This document shows positions 8,199-17,063 of a stretch of DNA of 64,000 nt, one piece after another. Within the stretch, counting starts at the first letter, position 1. Every line of letters begins with the position of its first letter. The notes under the pieces were generated by a model. It ran no database searches. It saw only the letters and a list, made by a program, of their open reading frames with translations, and was not told the DNA's origin. Both the position numbers and the translations under genes were made by a program. Origin of the DNA: an uncultured beta proteobacterium (lineage in GTDB: Bacteria > Pseudomonadota > Gammaproteobacteria > Burkholderiales > Burkholderiaceae_C); assembly GCA_947084805.1 (NCBI GenBank), contig CAMTUD010000028.1:2053-66052 (forward strand). The letters run 5' to 3'.

Positions 8199-9206
8199 AT
8201 GAAAATCCTGCTCACCGGCGCCGCCGGCTTCATCGGCATGACCACCGCGCTGCGCCTGCTGGCGCGCGGCGACGAGGTGGTCGGTCTGGACAACCTCAAC
8301 GACTACTACGAGGTCAGCCTCAAGGAAGCGCGCCTGGCGCGGCTGACGCCGCACGAGCGTTTTCGTTTCGTGAAGCTGGACGTGGGCGACCGGCCGGGCA
8401 TGGAGGCGCTGTTCGCCACCGAGCGCTTCGACCGCGTCATCCACCTCGCCGCCCAGGCCGGCGTGCGGTATTCGCTGCAGAACCCGCACGCCTACGTCGA
8501 CAGCAACATCGTCGGCTTCATGAACATCCTCGAGGGCTGCCGCCATTCGAAGGTGCAGCATCTGGTCTACGCCTCGAGCTCCAGCGTCTACGGCGGCAAC
8601 ACGAAGATGCCGTTCTCGGAACACGACAGCGTCGATCATCCGGTGAGCATGTACGCGGCCACCAAGAAGGCCAACGAGCTGATGGCGCACACCTACAGCC
8701 ACCTCTTCGGCCTGCCGACCACGGGGCTGCGCTTCTTCACCGTCTACGGGCCCTGGGGCCGGCCCGACATGGCGCTCTTCCTGTTCACGAAGGCCATCCT
8801 CGAAGGGCGGCCCATCGATGTCTTCAACCACGGCAGGATGCAGCGCGACTTCACCTTCGTCGACGACATCGTGGAAGGTGTGATCCGCGTCATGGACCGC
8901 ACGGCCGAGCCCAACCCGGCTTATGTCTCCGACACGCCCGACCCCGGCACCAGCAACGCGCCCTACCGTGTCTTCAACATCGGCAACCACAACCCGGTGC
9001 AGCTGCTGGACTACATCGGCTGCATCGAGGACGCGCTGGGCATGAAGGCGCAGAAGAACCTCTTGCCGCTGCAGGACGGTGACGTGCCCGCCACCTATGC
9101 CGATGTCGACGCGCTGCGCGACTGGGTGGGCTTCACGCCGGCCACCGACGTGCGCACCGGCGTCGGGCGTTTCGTGGCCTGGTACCGCGGCTACTACAAG
9201 GTCTGA
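8199..9206 (+). CDS. NAD-dependent epimerase, UDP-glucuronate 4-epimerase-like
   Basis: [39 protein letters not shown] motifs. Confidence 0.93.
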   Translation: MKILLTGAAGFIGMTTALRLLARGDEVVGLDNLNDYYEVSLKEARLARLTPHERFRFVKLDVGDRPGMEALFATERFDRVIHLAAQAGVRYSLQNPHAYVDSNIVGFMNILEGCRHSKVQHLVYASSSSVYGGNTKMPFSEHDSVDHPVSMYAATKKANELMAHTYSHLFGLPTTGLRFFTVYGPWGRPDMALFLFTKAILEGRPIDVFNHGRMQRDFTFVDDIVEGVIRVMDRTAEPNPAYVSDTPDPGTSNAPYRVFNIGNHNPVQLLDYIGCIEDALGMKAQKNLLPLQDGDVPATYADVDALRDWVGFTPATDVRTGVGRFVAWYRGYYKV

Positions 9207-9232
9207 GAACCGCGCCGCTGGCGGCGCGGTTC
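9207..9232. terminator. Perfect inverted repeat between convergent genes, probable bidirectional terminator
   Basis: GAACCGCGCCGC-tg-GCGGCGCGGTTC. Confidence 0.6.
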
Positions 9233-10043
9233 AAAGCTCGCGCAGCAGTTCGCGCAGGTAGGCCACCGGCACGGCATAGGTGATGCCGGTCGGGCTGCTC
9301 AAGGCGCTTTCGCGGCTGCCCTTGACGAGCACCATGCTGACGATGCCCAGCACACGGCCGGTAGCGGCGTCGAGTACCGGGCCGCCGCTGTTGCCGGGGT
9401 AGGCCGTGGCATCGAGCTGCAGCAGTTCGAAGTTGCCCTGGCGCAAGCGGCTCACGGCACGCGCGTCGAGCTGGCTGGCCGTGGGCGCCGGCAGCGCACC
9501 GGTGGTGACGCTGGACACGATGCCGCGGTGCGTGACGACCGAATAACCCAGCACGCCGCCGATCGGGTAGCCCATCAGGGCGATGTCCTGGCCTTCGCGC
9601 GCGGTGCCGGCATCGGCCAGCGCCAACGCGGGCAGGGGCGCACCTTCGATGCGCAGCAGCGCCAGGTCGCGCACACGGTCGGTGGCCACCACGCGCGCGA
9701 GTCGCGCCTGGCCGTCGCCGCCGCCGCGCACGGGCAGCACGGCCATGCGCGGGCCGCTGTCGCTGTCGGCACCGGCCGGCAGCACGTGGAAGTTGGTGGC
9801 CACCAGCGTGCCCTCGCCGCGCGCATCGGCGATGACGAAGCCGCTGCCGCGAAAGCCGAAGCGCGGGCTCTCGGTGGCGTTGAAGGTGCCGACCGGTAGC
9901 ACCGAAGGCCGGGCGGTGGCCACCAGGTCGGGCAGACCGGTAGCGCCGGCCGCGCCCGTCCAGGCAGTGCCGGTCAAGGAAGCCGCAGCGGCCGCCCCCA
10001 GCAACGCGCGGCGCCGCAGCAGCGTGTGCGGCGAGGTCTTCAA
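9231..10043 (-). CDS. Trypsin-like serine protease with twin-arginine-like leader
   Basis: GSGF, TNFHV (His), DLALL (Asp), GNSGGP (Ser); TTG start overlaps the prsT stop; LRRRALLGAAAA leader. Confidence 0.88.
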   Translation of the reverse strand: MKTSPHTLLRRRALLGAAAAASLTGTAWTGAAGATGLPDLVATARPSVLPVGTFNATESPRFGFRGSGFVIADARGEGTLVATNFHVLPAGADSDSGPRMAVLPVRGGGDGQARLARVVATDRVRDLALLRIEGAPLPALALADAGTAREGQDIALMGYPIGGVLGYSVVTHRGIVSSVTTGALPAPTASQLDARAVSRLRQGNFELLQLDATAYPGNSGGPVLDAATGRVLGIVSMVLVKGSRESALSSPTGITYAVPVAYLRELLREL

Positions 10044-12847
10044 AGGGTCTTCAGCAGCGCGGCCACTTCGGCCTGGGCGTTGAACTTGTCGCCCAGGCGC
10101 GTGAGGGCATCGAGCTCGTTGCGCGCCAGGGCCTTGTCGCCCGTCTTGATGTAGAGCTTGGCCAGGCGCAGGCTCATGCCCGGGTCCTTGGGCTCGAGCG
10201 CGATGGCGCGTTTCTGGGCCTCGATGGCCTTGGGCAGCTGGTTCTCGGCTTCCAGCGCGCTGGCCAAGGTGTCGACGATGGGCGCGCGGTTCGGCAGCAG
10301 CTCGTTGGCCTTTTCGGCCATGGCCACGGCGCCCGGCTTGCCCTGCTTGGCCAGCAGCCAGGCCACGTTGTTCATCGCCAGCGCGTTTTCGGGCTGTACC
10401 TCGAGCACGGCGCGGTAACGCCCCTCGGCCACGTCGAGCTTGTTCTGCGCCAGCGCCAGGTCGCCCAGGTAGTAGTTGAACCCGGCGTCCTTCGGGTTGG
10501 CCTTGAGCCACTCCGCCGACAGGCGGTCGGCGTCGGCCGTCTTGCCGCCGGCCAGCAGCACGGTGTGCAGCTTGGCCGTCGTCTCCGAGGTCTTGGCCCG
10601 TTGCAGCGACGCGCGGTAGGCGGCCTGTGCGGCGTCCCAGTTCTTGCGGCTGCTCTCGACCTCGGCCTCGATGTTGTGGCCCAGCGCGTCCTTGGGGTAG
10701 CGCTGTTGCAGGTCGCGCGCGATCTTCAGCGCATCGATCGGACGCTTGTCCATCATCGCCAGGCGGGCCAGCGCGCGTTGCACGTTCAGGTTGTCGGGCT
10801 GCAGCTGGGCCGCGCGTCGCAGCGAGTTGCCGGCGGCTTCATAGTCCTTCGTGGCGACATAGGCGTCGGCCAGGCGCAGCTCGGGGCTGGCGTTGCGGGG
10901 CTGCAGGCCGGCCAGCTTCTTGAAGGTGGACACGGCGCGCTGGTTGTCGCCGGCTGCGAGTTCGGCACGGCCCTGCGCGTCCATCACCTCGTAGTTGTTG
11001 GGCAGCGCGGCGGCCGCGTCTTGCGCGGCCAGCAGCGCGGCCTTGCCGTCGCCGCTGCCGATGAGGTGGTTCACCAGCACGATGTGCGGGCGTGCTTCGG
11101 ACGGGTTGATCTTCACCGCTTCGCGCAACGACGCGGTGACGGTGGCCGCCGGCGCGCCGGTGCGCGCGTCGAGCTCGGCCATCGCCAGGCGTGCCTGCCA
11201 GCTCTTGGGCTGGGCCTGGATGTAGGCGGTGAAGCGTTTGCGCGCGTCCTCGGGCTTCTTCGCGGCCAGATCCAGCGCGGCCAGGCTGGCCACGGGCGGG
11301 AAGTAGGCGGGTTCCTTGGCGATCGCGGCCTCGAAACTCTTGATGGCGCCGGGCAGGTCGTTTTTCAGCGTCAGCACACGGCCGCGCAACTGCAGCGGCA
11401 GCGCCTGGTCGGGCATCTTCTTCTCGAGGCCGTCGATGGCCTTCAGCGCGCCGGCCAGGTCGTTCTGGCGCAGCCGGGCACTGACGAGCGCCAGATCGGC
11501 GCGCGGCCCGGCGTCACCGGCGGCGACGGCCTCGAGTTCACCGATCGCGCCACCCGCGTTGCCGCGTGCCATCTGCGCCAGCGCGGCCGAGGTGCGCACC
11601 CGGTTGTCCTGCGGCGCGGCCTTCAGCGCCGCCGCGAAGGCCTCTTCCGAGCGCCTGGCGTCGCCGAGCTGCAGGTAGGCCTCGCCGGCCAGCGACAGCG
11701 TCGTGCCGTCGGCCTTGCCGGTGTCGATGACGGGCTTCAGCACATCCAGCGTCTTGGCCGGTTCACCGGTGCGCAGATAGGTCTGTGCCAGCAGCAGGCG
11801 CGTCAGGCCTTGCTGCGGCGCCAGTTTCAGCGCCTTGGCCAGCAGCGCTTCGGCAGGCAGGTAGTTGCGCAGGCGGAACTCGGCGGCGCCGGCCAGTTCC
11901 AGCACTCGCACGTTGTTCGGGAAGGCCTTGAGCACCTGGTCGGTGATCTCGCGCGTGCGCTTGTAGTCCTTGTCGGCAAAGGCGAACTGGGCTTCGAGGT
12001 GCAGCGTCTCGGGGTGGTTGGGCGCGGACTTCTTCAGCAACTCGAACTCGGCCTTGGCCTCGGGTTGCTTCTTCTGCATCAGCAGGATGTTGGTGACGGC
12101 CGTGCGCGCGGCCACCGAGGTGGGGTGGGTGGTGAGCACCTGGCGGTAGGCGGCCACGGCACCATCGATGTCGCGCTTGCCTTGCAGGAGCATGTCGCCC
12201 TTGAGCACGCCGGCGCGTTCGTTCTTCGGGTCGCTGGTCAGTACCTGGTCCAGCAAGGCGATGGCGTCATCGGGTGCGCCGTCGAGCGCACGAAGACGAG
12301 ACAAGACGATCAGGGCCGGCGGGAAACCCGGCTTGATACGCAGCGCCTCTTCAACGGTGGATGTGGCCCGGGCGTTGTCGCCCTGGACGGCCATGGCCGT
12401 GGCCAGTGAGGTCTTCAGGTCAGCCGCCGCGGCCGGGTCGACGAGTTTCAGGTTGTCGTACTGTGCGATCAGCTTGCCCTCTTCGCCCGCTTGCAGCATG
12501 GCGCGAGCGAGTTCCGGCACGACCTCTTCGTCGGGTACTTGCAGTTCCTGGGCCTTGCGCAGTTCCACCAGCGCCGAGTTGGCATCTCCTTGCGCCAGCA
12601 AGACCTTCCCGAGCATCAGGCGAGCCTTGGGCGACTGCGGATTGGCCGAGATGGCGTTCTTCAGCTGGATGGTGGCACCCTTGTTGTCACCCTTGTCCAC
12701 CAAGGTCTGTGCAGAAGCGATCAGATCCTTCTCGGAAGAACCGCCACAGGCCGTGAGGCACAGCACCAGCGCTGTCGCGAGCAAGCGTCGAGCCGGCCGT
12801 GTGTTCGGGAGATTCGAGCGGAGTGCGCGGTACGTGCGTATCGTCAT
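10040..12847 (-). CDS. prsT: PEP-CTERM system TPR-repeat lipoprotein PrsT (copy 1)
   Basis: 935 aa of TPRs, lipobox LTAC, A.IQLKNA and NNVAW motifs, downstream of prsK/prsR. Confidence 0.92.
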   Translation of the reverse strand: MTIRTYRALRSNLPNTRPARRLLATALVLCLTACGGSSEKDLIASAQTLVDKGDNKGATIQLKNAISANPQSPKARLMLGKVLLAQGDANSALVELRKAQELQVPDEEVVPELARAMLQAGEEGKLIAQYDNLKLVDPAAAADLKTSLATAMAVQGDNARATSTVEEALRIKPGFPPALIVLSRLRALDGAPDDAIALLDQVLTSDPKNERAGVLKGDMLLQGKRDIDGAVAAYRQVLTTHPTSVAARTAVTNILLMQKKQPEAKAEFELLKKSAPNHPETLHLEAQFAFADKDYKRTREITDQVLKAFPNNVRVLELAGAAEFRLRNYLPAEALLAKALKLAPQQGLTRLLLAQTYLRTGEPAKTLDVLKPVIDTGKADGTTLSLAGEAYLQLGDARRSEEAFAAALKAAPQDNRVRTSAALAQMARGNAGGAIGELEAVAAGDAGPRADLALVSARLRQNDLAGALKAIDGLEKKMPDQALPLQLRGRVLTLKNDLPGAIKSFEAAIAKEPAYFPPVASLAALDLAAKKPEDARKRFTAYIQAQPKSWQARLAMAELDARTGAPAATVTASLREAVKINPSEARPHIVLVNHLIGSGDGKAALLAAQDAAAALPNNYEVMDAQGRAELAAGDNQRAVSTFKKLAGLQPRNASPELRLADAYVATKDYEAAGNSLRRAAQLQPDNLNVQRALARLAMMDKRPIDALKIARDLQQRYPKDALGHNIEAEVESSRKNWDAAQAAYRASLQRAKTSETTAKLHTVLLAGGKTADADRLSAEWLKANPKDAGFNYYLGDLALAQNKLDVAEGRYRAVLEVQPENALAMNNVAWLLAKQGKPGAVAMAEKANELLPNRAPIVDTLASALEAENQLPKAIEAQKRAIALEPKDPGMSLRLAKLYIKTGDKALARNELDALTRLGDKFNAQAEVAALLKTL

Positions 12848-12860
12848 GTTGATGTGTGCG

Positions 12861-15650
12861 TCAGAGTGATTGGAACAGCCGCGAGACCTCGGCGTGCTGT
12901 GCGTAGTTGGGCCCCATATCCAGCAGCCTCTTCAGTGAAGCGCGCGCCACGTCCTTGTCGCCCACCTTCAATGCGAATTTGGCCAGCGTCAGCCGAAGGT
13001 CATGGTTTTCCGGCGCGAGTTCCACTGCGCGCTGCTGCGTCGCTAGCGCCTTTGCAGCCTGCCCTTCACTGGCGAGCGCTGCGGACAGCGTGTCGAGAAA
13101 GGCGGCGTTATCGGGTTCCAGGTCGACCGCACGTTGTGCGTTGGCTACGGCGCCGGGCTTGCCCAGCTGCGACAGAACCCATCCCATGTTGTTGAGAGCG
13201 CTGACGTTGTCGGGAAACGCCGCCAGCACCCGCTTAAGGTGTACTTCAGCGGCAGCGTAGTCCTTGTTCAGGATGTGCGATTCAGCGAGAAGATCGTCGA
13301 AGGCGATGTCCTTCGGATTGGCCCTGACCCAGGCTGCACCAAACTGCTCGGCCTCTGCCTTGCGCCCTGAGGTCATCAGCAGCCGGAACAGCGCAGCAGC
13401 GACTTCGCTCCGGTTGGTCTTGGCAAGCCCGTTGCGGTAGGCGGCAACTGCGGCGTCGACAGCCTTCAAGCGTGTGTGATATTCGCCTTCGAGAAGGTAG
13501 CCTTCAGGTTGGCTGGGTTTACTCGCTTGAGTCTTGCGCGTGAAAGCGAGTGCTTCCGTTCGCTGATCCGAGGCGATGAGTACGTCGAGCAGCCTGAACC
13601 TCGCCGCTTGAAGGCTGGGGTCGATTTCGAGCGCCTTTCGCAGCGCGGCCTCGGCCTGAGGCCAGCGGCCGGAAATCTTGAAGGCCTCTGCCAACCTGAC
13701 GTGGGCGCGCGCGGAACTCGGCTCGTTGGCGGCAACGCGGCTGTAGGTGGTGATAGCCTGCTCGATATCGCCGGATTCCATCTGTGCCCGTCCCACCGCT
13801 TCCATTATGCGCATGTCGTGGGGCAGGGTTGCCGCAGCAGCCTGCGCCGCAACCAGCGCATCCTTGAACTGACGCTTGCGCAGCAGCAGGTCCATCAGCA
13901 GCAACCGTGGCTGCGGGTCGTTGGGCGCCACCTTGATGGCGTCCATCAGGGTTCGGCTTACTTCGCCCAGGGGCGCCCCGCTGGCCGATCTCACCTCGGC
14001 CATCGCCATCAAGGCAAACTGATTCCTGGGATCGGCTTTGACGGCGTCCTGCAGCCTCGCCAATGCGGGCTCGAACTTCCTCTCGGCAAGGTCCACAGTC
14101 GTGAGCCCCGATATTGCGGCAAAGCTGGCCTTGTCCTTCTGCAGCGCCTGCTCAAACACAGCCCGGGCGGCTGGCAGGTCGCGGCGCGCCAGATGTACAC
14201 GACCCCGAAGTTCCATGAGCCCGGTCTTCTGTGGCGCCTTTCTCTGAATGGCGTCGAGAGCGGTCAACGCAGCGTCGAACTCGCGCCGCTTCAGACGTGC
14301 GCTGAAGATGACCTCATCGGCGTAGGTATCCGGCGATCTGGCCGCCACTACTTCGAGGTCGGCAAGACCCTTGGCGGGGTCGCCGCGGGCGACCTGAGCG
14401 AGCGCCACCGCCGTTTGCAGCCGCGTGTCGCTCGGATCGGCCTTGGCTGCTCGCAGGAAGTAGGCCTCGGCGGCGGTGGCATCGCCAAGCCGCAGGGCTG
14501 CGTCACCAGCCAGCGACAAGACCTCGATGCGCGGTGTGGTCTCCCGCAGAAGCGGCGTGATCGCCTCCAGTGCACTGGCGGGCTGCCCCAGGCGCAAATA
14601 GACCTCGGCGAGCTTGCTCCTGGCAAGAAAGGACGCCGGGCTCAACTTCACGGCTTTGGCGAAGTGCGCTTCGGCCTGCAGCAGGTTGCCCTTCTCGCTC
14701 TCGACACCGCCGCTGACGATCAACACTTGCAGGTCTTCAGGAAACATGCGCAGCAGGGTCTGCGCCTTCTCACGTGCAAGCGGCAGGTTCTGGTCGAGGA
14801 GGGCCAACTGGGCGTCGATCAGAGCCATCATGGGGTGATTGGGCAGTACCGCACGCAGTGACTCCGCCTGCTTCCTTGCTGCGGCGATGTCACGGGCCCT
14901 GATGTGCTGGCTGGTCAGCGCCACGTGTGCCTGCAGGAAGGCGGGTTCGACCTTTAGCGCTTCGCGGTACGCCTCGGCAGCCAACCTGGGCTCCTTCTGC
15001 GCAAACTCGAGGATCTCTCCTTTGAGTTGCCAGGCGTCCGGCAGCTTGACCGGCTGTTGCAGCACGTTGTCGAGCACTGCCAGCGCTTCGGCAAGCTTGT
15101 CCTGCCCGGCCAAGATGCGCGCCTGAAGAATCAGTGCCGGTCCGTACTCCGGTCTTGCCTTAAGGGCGGCTTCGACGGCAGCCTGGGTGCGTTCACGGTC
15201 ACCAAGAGCGCCCCAGGCTGTGGCTACCTGCGACTTCAGCTCGGCCTGCGCTGCTGCATCTTCCAGCGTTACATCGCCCAAGGTCGTGGTCAGCCTCTTG
15301 TAGTCACCTGCCAGCACGAGGGCGCGCGCCAACGGCGGTGCCACCTCAACAAGCGGCGCCTCCGCATCCAACGCACGGGTCAGTTCGAGCGCTGCGCCGG
15401 CGGGATCGCTGGATGCCAGCAAGGTGCGCCCCAGTTGCACGCGTGCATCGGCGAAGTCGGGGTCCAACTGCAGTGCGGCTTTGAACTGGGAGGTGGCGGC
15501 GCGCTGGTCGCCGCTGGCGGCGAAGGCCTTGCCCGAGGCCACCAGAGAGCCCGGGGTGTCGCGACTGCATCCGCAAAGCGCGAGCGCCGCGCCAAGCAAC
15601 AGTGTCACCAGTACGGGCCGCAGTGACGGCTGGGCGGACGGACTCGGCAC
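12861..15650 (-). CDS. prsT: PEP-CTERM system TPR-repeat lipoprotein PrsT (copy 2)
   Basis: 929 aa, lipobox LCGC, collinear with copy 1 but diverged. Confidence 0.88.
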   Translation of the reverse strand: MPSPSAQPSLRPVLVTLLLGAALALCGCSRDTPGSLVASGKAFAASGDQRAATSQFKAALQLDPDFADARVQLGRTLLASSDPAGAALELTRALDAEAPLVEVAPPLARALVLAGDYKRLTTTLGDVTLEDAAAQAELKSQVATAWGALGDRERTQAAVEAALKARPEYGPALILQARILAGQDKLAEALAVLDNVLQQPVKLPDAWQLKGEILEFAQKEPRLAAEAYREALKVEPAFLQAHVALTSQHIRARDIAAARKQAESLRAVLPNHPMMALIDAQLALLDQNLPLAREKAQTLLRMFPEDLQVLIVSGGVESEKGNLLQAEAHFAKAVKLSPASFLARSKLAEVYLRLGQPASALEAITPLLRETTPRIEVLSLAGDAALRLGDATAAEAYFLRAAKADPSDTRLQTAVALAQVARGDPAKGLADLEVVAARSPDTYADEVIFSARLKRREFDAALTALDAIQRKAPQKTGLMELRGRVHLARRDLPAARAVFEQALQKDKASFAAISGLTTVDLAERKFEPALARLQDAVKADPRNQFALMAMAEVRSASGAPLGEVSRTLMDAIKVAPNDPQPRLLLMDLLLRKRQFKDALVAAQAAAATLPHDMRIMEAVGRAQMESGDIEQAITTYSRVAANEPSSARAHVRLAEAFKISGRWPQAEAALRKALEIDPSLQAARFRLLDVLIASDQRTEALAFTRKTQASKPSQPEGYLLEGEYHTRLKAVDAAVAAYRNGLAKTNRSEVAAALFRLLMTSGRKAEAEQFGAAWVRANPKDIAFDDLLAESHILNKDYAAAEVHLKRVLAAFPDNVSALNNMGWVLSQLGKPGAVANAQRAVDLEPDNAAFLDTLSAALASEGQAAKALATQQRAVELAPENHDLRLTLAKFALKVGDKDVARASLKRLLDMGPNYAQHAEVSRLFQSL

Positions 15651-15686
15651 GACTTCACCCAGTTGCGTACATGCGCGGAGCCATGA

Positions 15687-17063
15687 CTACTTGATGGACA
15701 GCCGGCGCATCAGATCGTACAGCGTTGGCCGGCTCACCCCGAGTATCTCGGAAGCCTTCACGATGTTTCCATTGCTGCGCGCGAGCGCCGCGACGATGGC
15801 TTGCCGTTCAGCCGTCTCGCGTACGGTGCGCAGGTCAAGGTCGGAGATTGCATCCGTCGCATGGCCGGCCTCGGGCGCAGGCAGCCCGAGATCCGCGCAG
15901 GTCAGTCTTTCGGACTCGGCCATGATGGTGGCACGCTTGACTGCGTTCAGTAGCTCACGCACGTTACCCGGCCACGGGTGTTTCTCGATGGCACGGATGG
16001 CGTCGTCACCGAAGCTCAGACCGTTGCGGCGCTGTTCCTGCGAGAAGCGCCTCAACATGGCCTGCGCCAGCATCACCGGGTCACCTGTTCGCTCGCGTAG
16101 GGGCGGAATGTTGACGACGATCTCGGCCAGGCGGTAATACAGGTCTTCTCGGAAGCGGCTTTCGCTGATCAGGTTCTTCAGGTCCTGGTGCGTAGCACAG
16201 ACCACGCGCACATCTACGGCAATCTCACTGCGCCCACCTATGCGCTCTATCGTCCGCTGCTGCAGGAAACGCAGCAGCTTGGCCTGCAATGAGTGTGGGA
16301 GGTCGCCGATTTCGTCGAGCATCAAGGTGCCGTTGTGCGCCGTCTCGATCTTGCCCGGCGTGGTCTTGCCCGCACCGGTGAAGGCGCCCTTCTCGTAGCC
16401 GAAGAGCTCACTTTCGAGCAGGTTTTCGGGGATCGCTGCACAGTTGATTGCCACGAAGCGGCCGTTGCGCTTGCTGGCCGCGTGCAGCCCCTGGGCCAGG
16501 ACCTCCTTGCCGGTACCGCTCTCGCCCAGCAGCAGCACCGTTGCGTCGCTGGACGACACGCGCTCGATGGTGCGGCAGATTCGCAGCATCTCGGCGTCGC
16601 GTGTGATCAACCCCGCCATCGCATCGGGCTGGTGCAGCGACTGCAGGCGCCTGTTCTCGGCCTGCAGCTCGGCCAAGCGGAAGGCGCGGTCGATGGTCAG
16701 TGTCAGCACCTCCGGTTCGAAGGGCTTGGCCAGGAAGTCGTACGCGCCCAGCGCCACTGCCCTCAGTGCATGCGTCTGATCGTTCTGGCCGGTCAGAACG
16801 ATGACTTTCACCGTGGGGTCGACGGCCAGCATCTGCTCGAGCAGCAGGAAGCCCTCGGAGACTGAGTCGGGGTCTGGGGGCAACCCCAGGTCCATGGTGA
16901 CCACCGCCGGCTGGTGGCGGCGAAGCTGCAACAGCGCGCTCTCACGGTCGCTGGCGGTCACCGACTCGAAGCGGTCGAGCGACCACTTGATCTGCTTCTG
17001 CAGCGCCAAGTCGTCTTCGACGATCAGCACCGGCGTGGTGTTTGTGCCGTTACCGACGTTCAT
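15687..17063 (-). CDS. prsR: Sigma54-dependent response regulator PrsR
   Basis: REC (DLGLPPDPD), AAA+ GESGTGKE, GAFTGA, C-terminal Fis HTH (GVSRPTLYDL). Confidence 0.95.
   Translation of the reverse strand: MNVGNGTNTTPVLIVEDDLALQKQIKWSLDRFESVTASDRESALLQLRRHQPAVVTMDLGLPPDPDSVSEGFLLLEQMLAVDPTVKVIVLTGQNDQTHALRAVALGAYDFLAKPFEPEVLTLTIDRAFRLAELQAENRRLQSLHQPDAMAGLITRDAEMLRICRTIERVSSSDATVLLLGESGTGKEVLAQGLHAASKRNGRFVAINCAAIPENLLESELFGYEKGAFTGAGKTTPGKIETAHNGTLMLDEIGDLPHSLQAKLLRFLQQRTIERIGGRSEIAVDVRVVCATHQDLKNLISESRFREDLYYRLAEIVVNIPPLRERTGDPVMLAQAMLRRFSQEQRRNGLSFGDDAIRAIEKHPWPGNVRELLNAVKRATIMAESERLTCADLGLPAPEAGHATDAISDLDLRTVRETAERQAIVAALARSNGNIVKASEILGVSRPTLYDLMRRLSIK

Noticed and set aside
9231..10511. 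426-aa protease as listed in the ORF track
   Set aside because: The first ~156 codons overlap prsT out of frame; the TTG at 10043 is the more plausible start.
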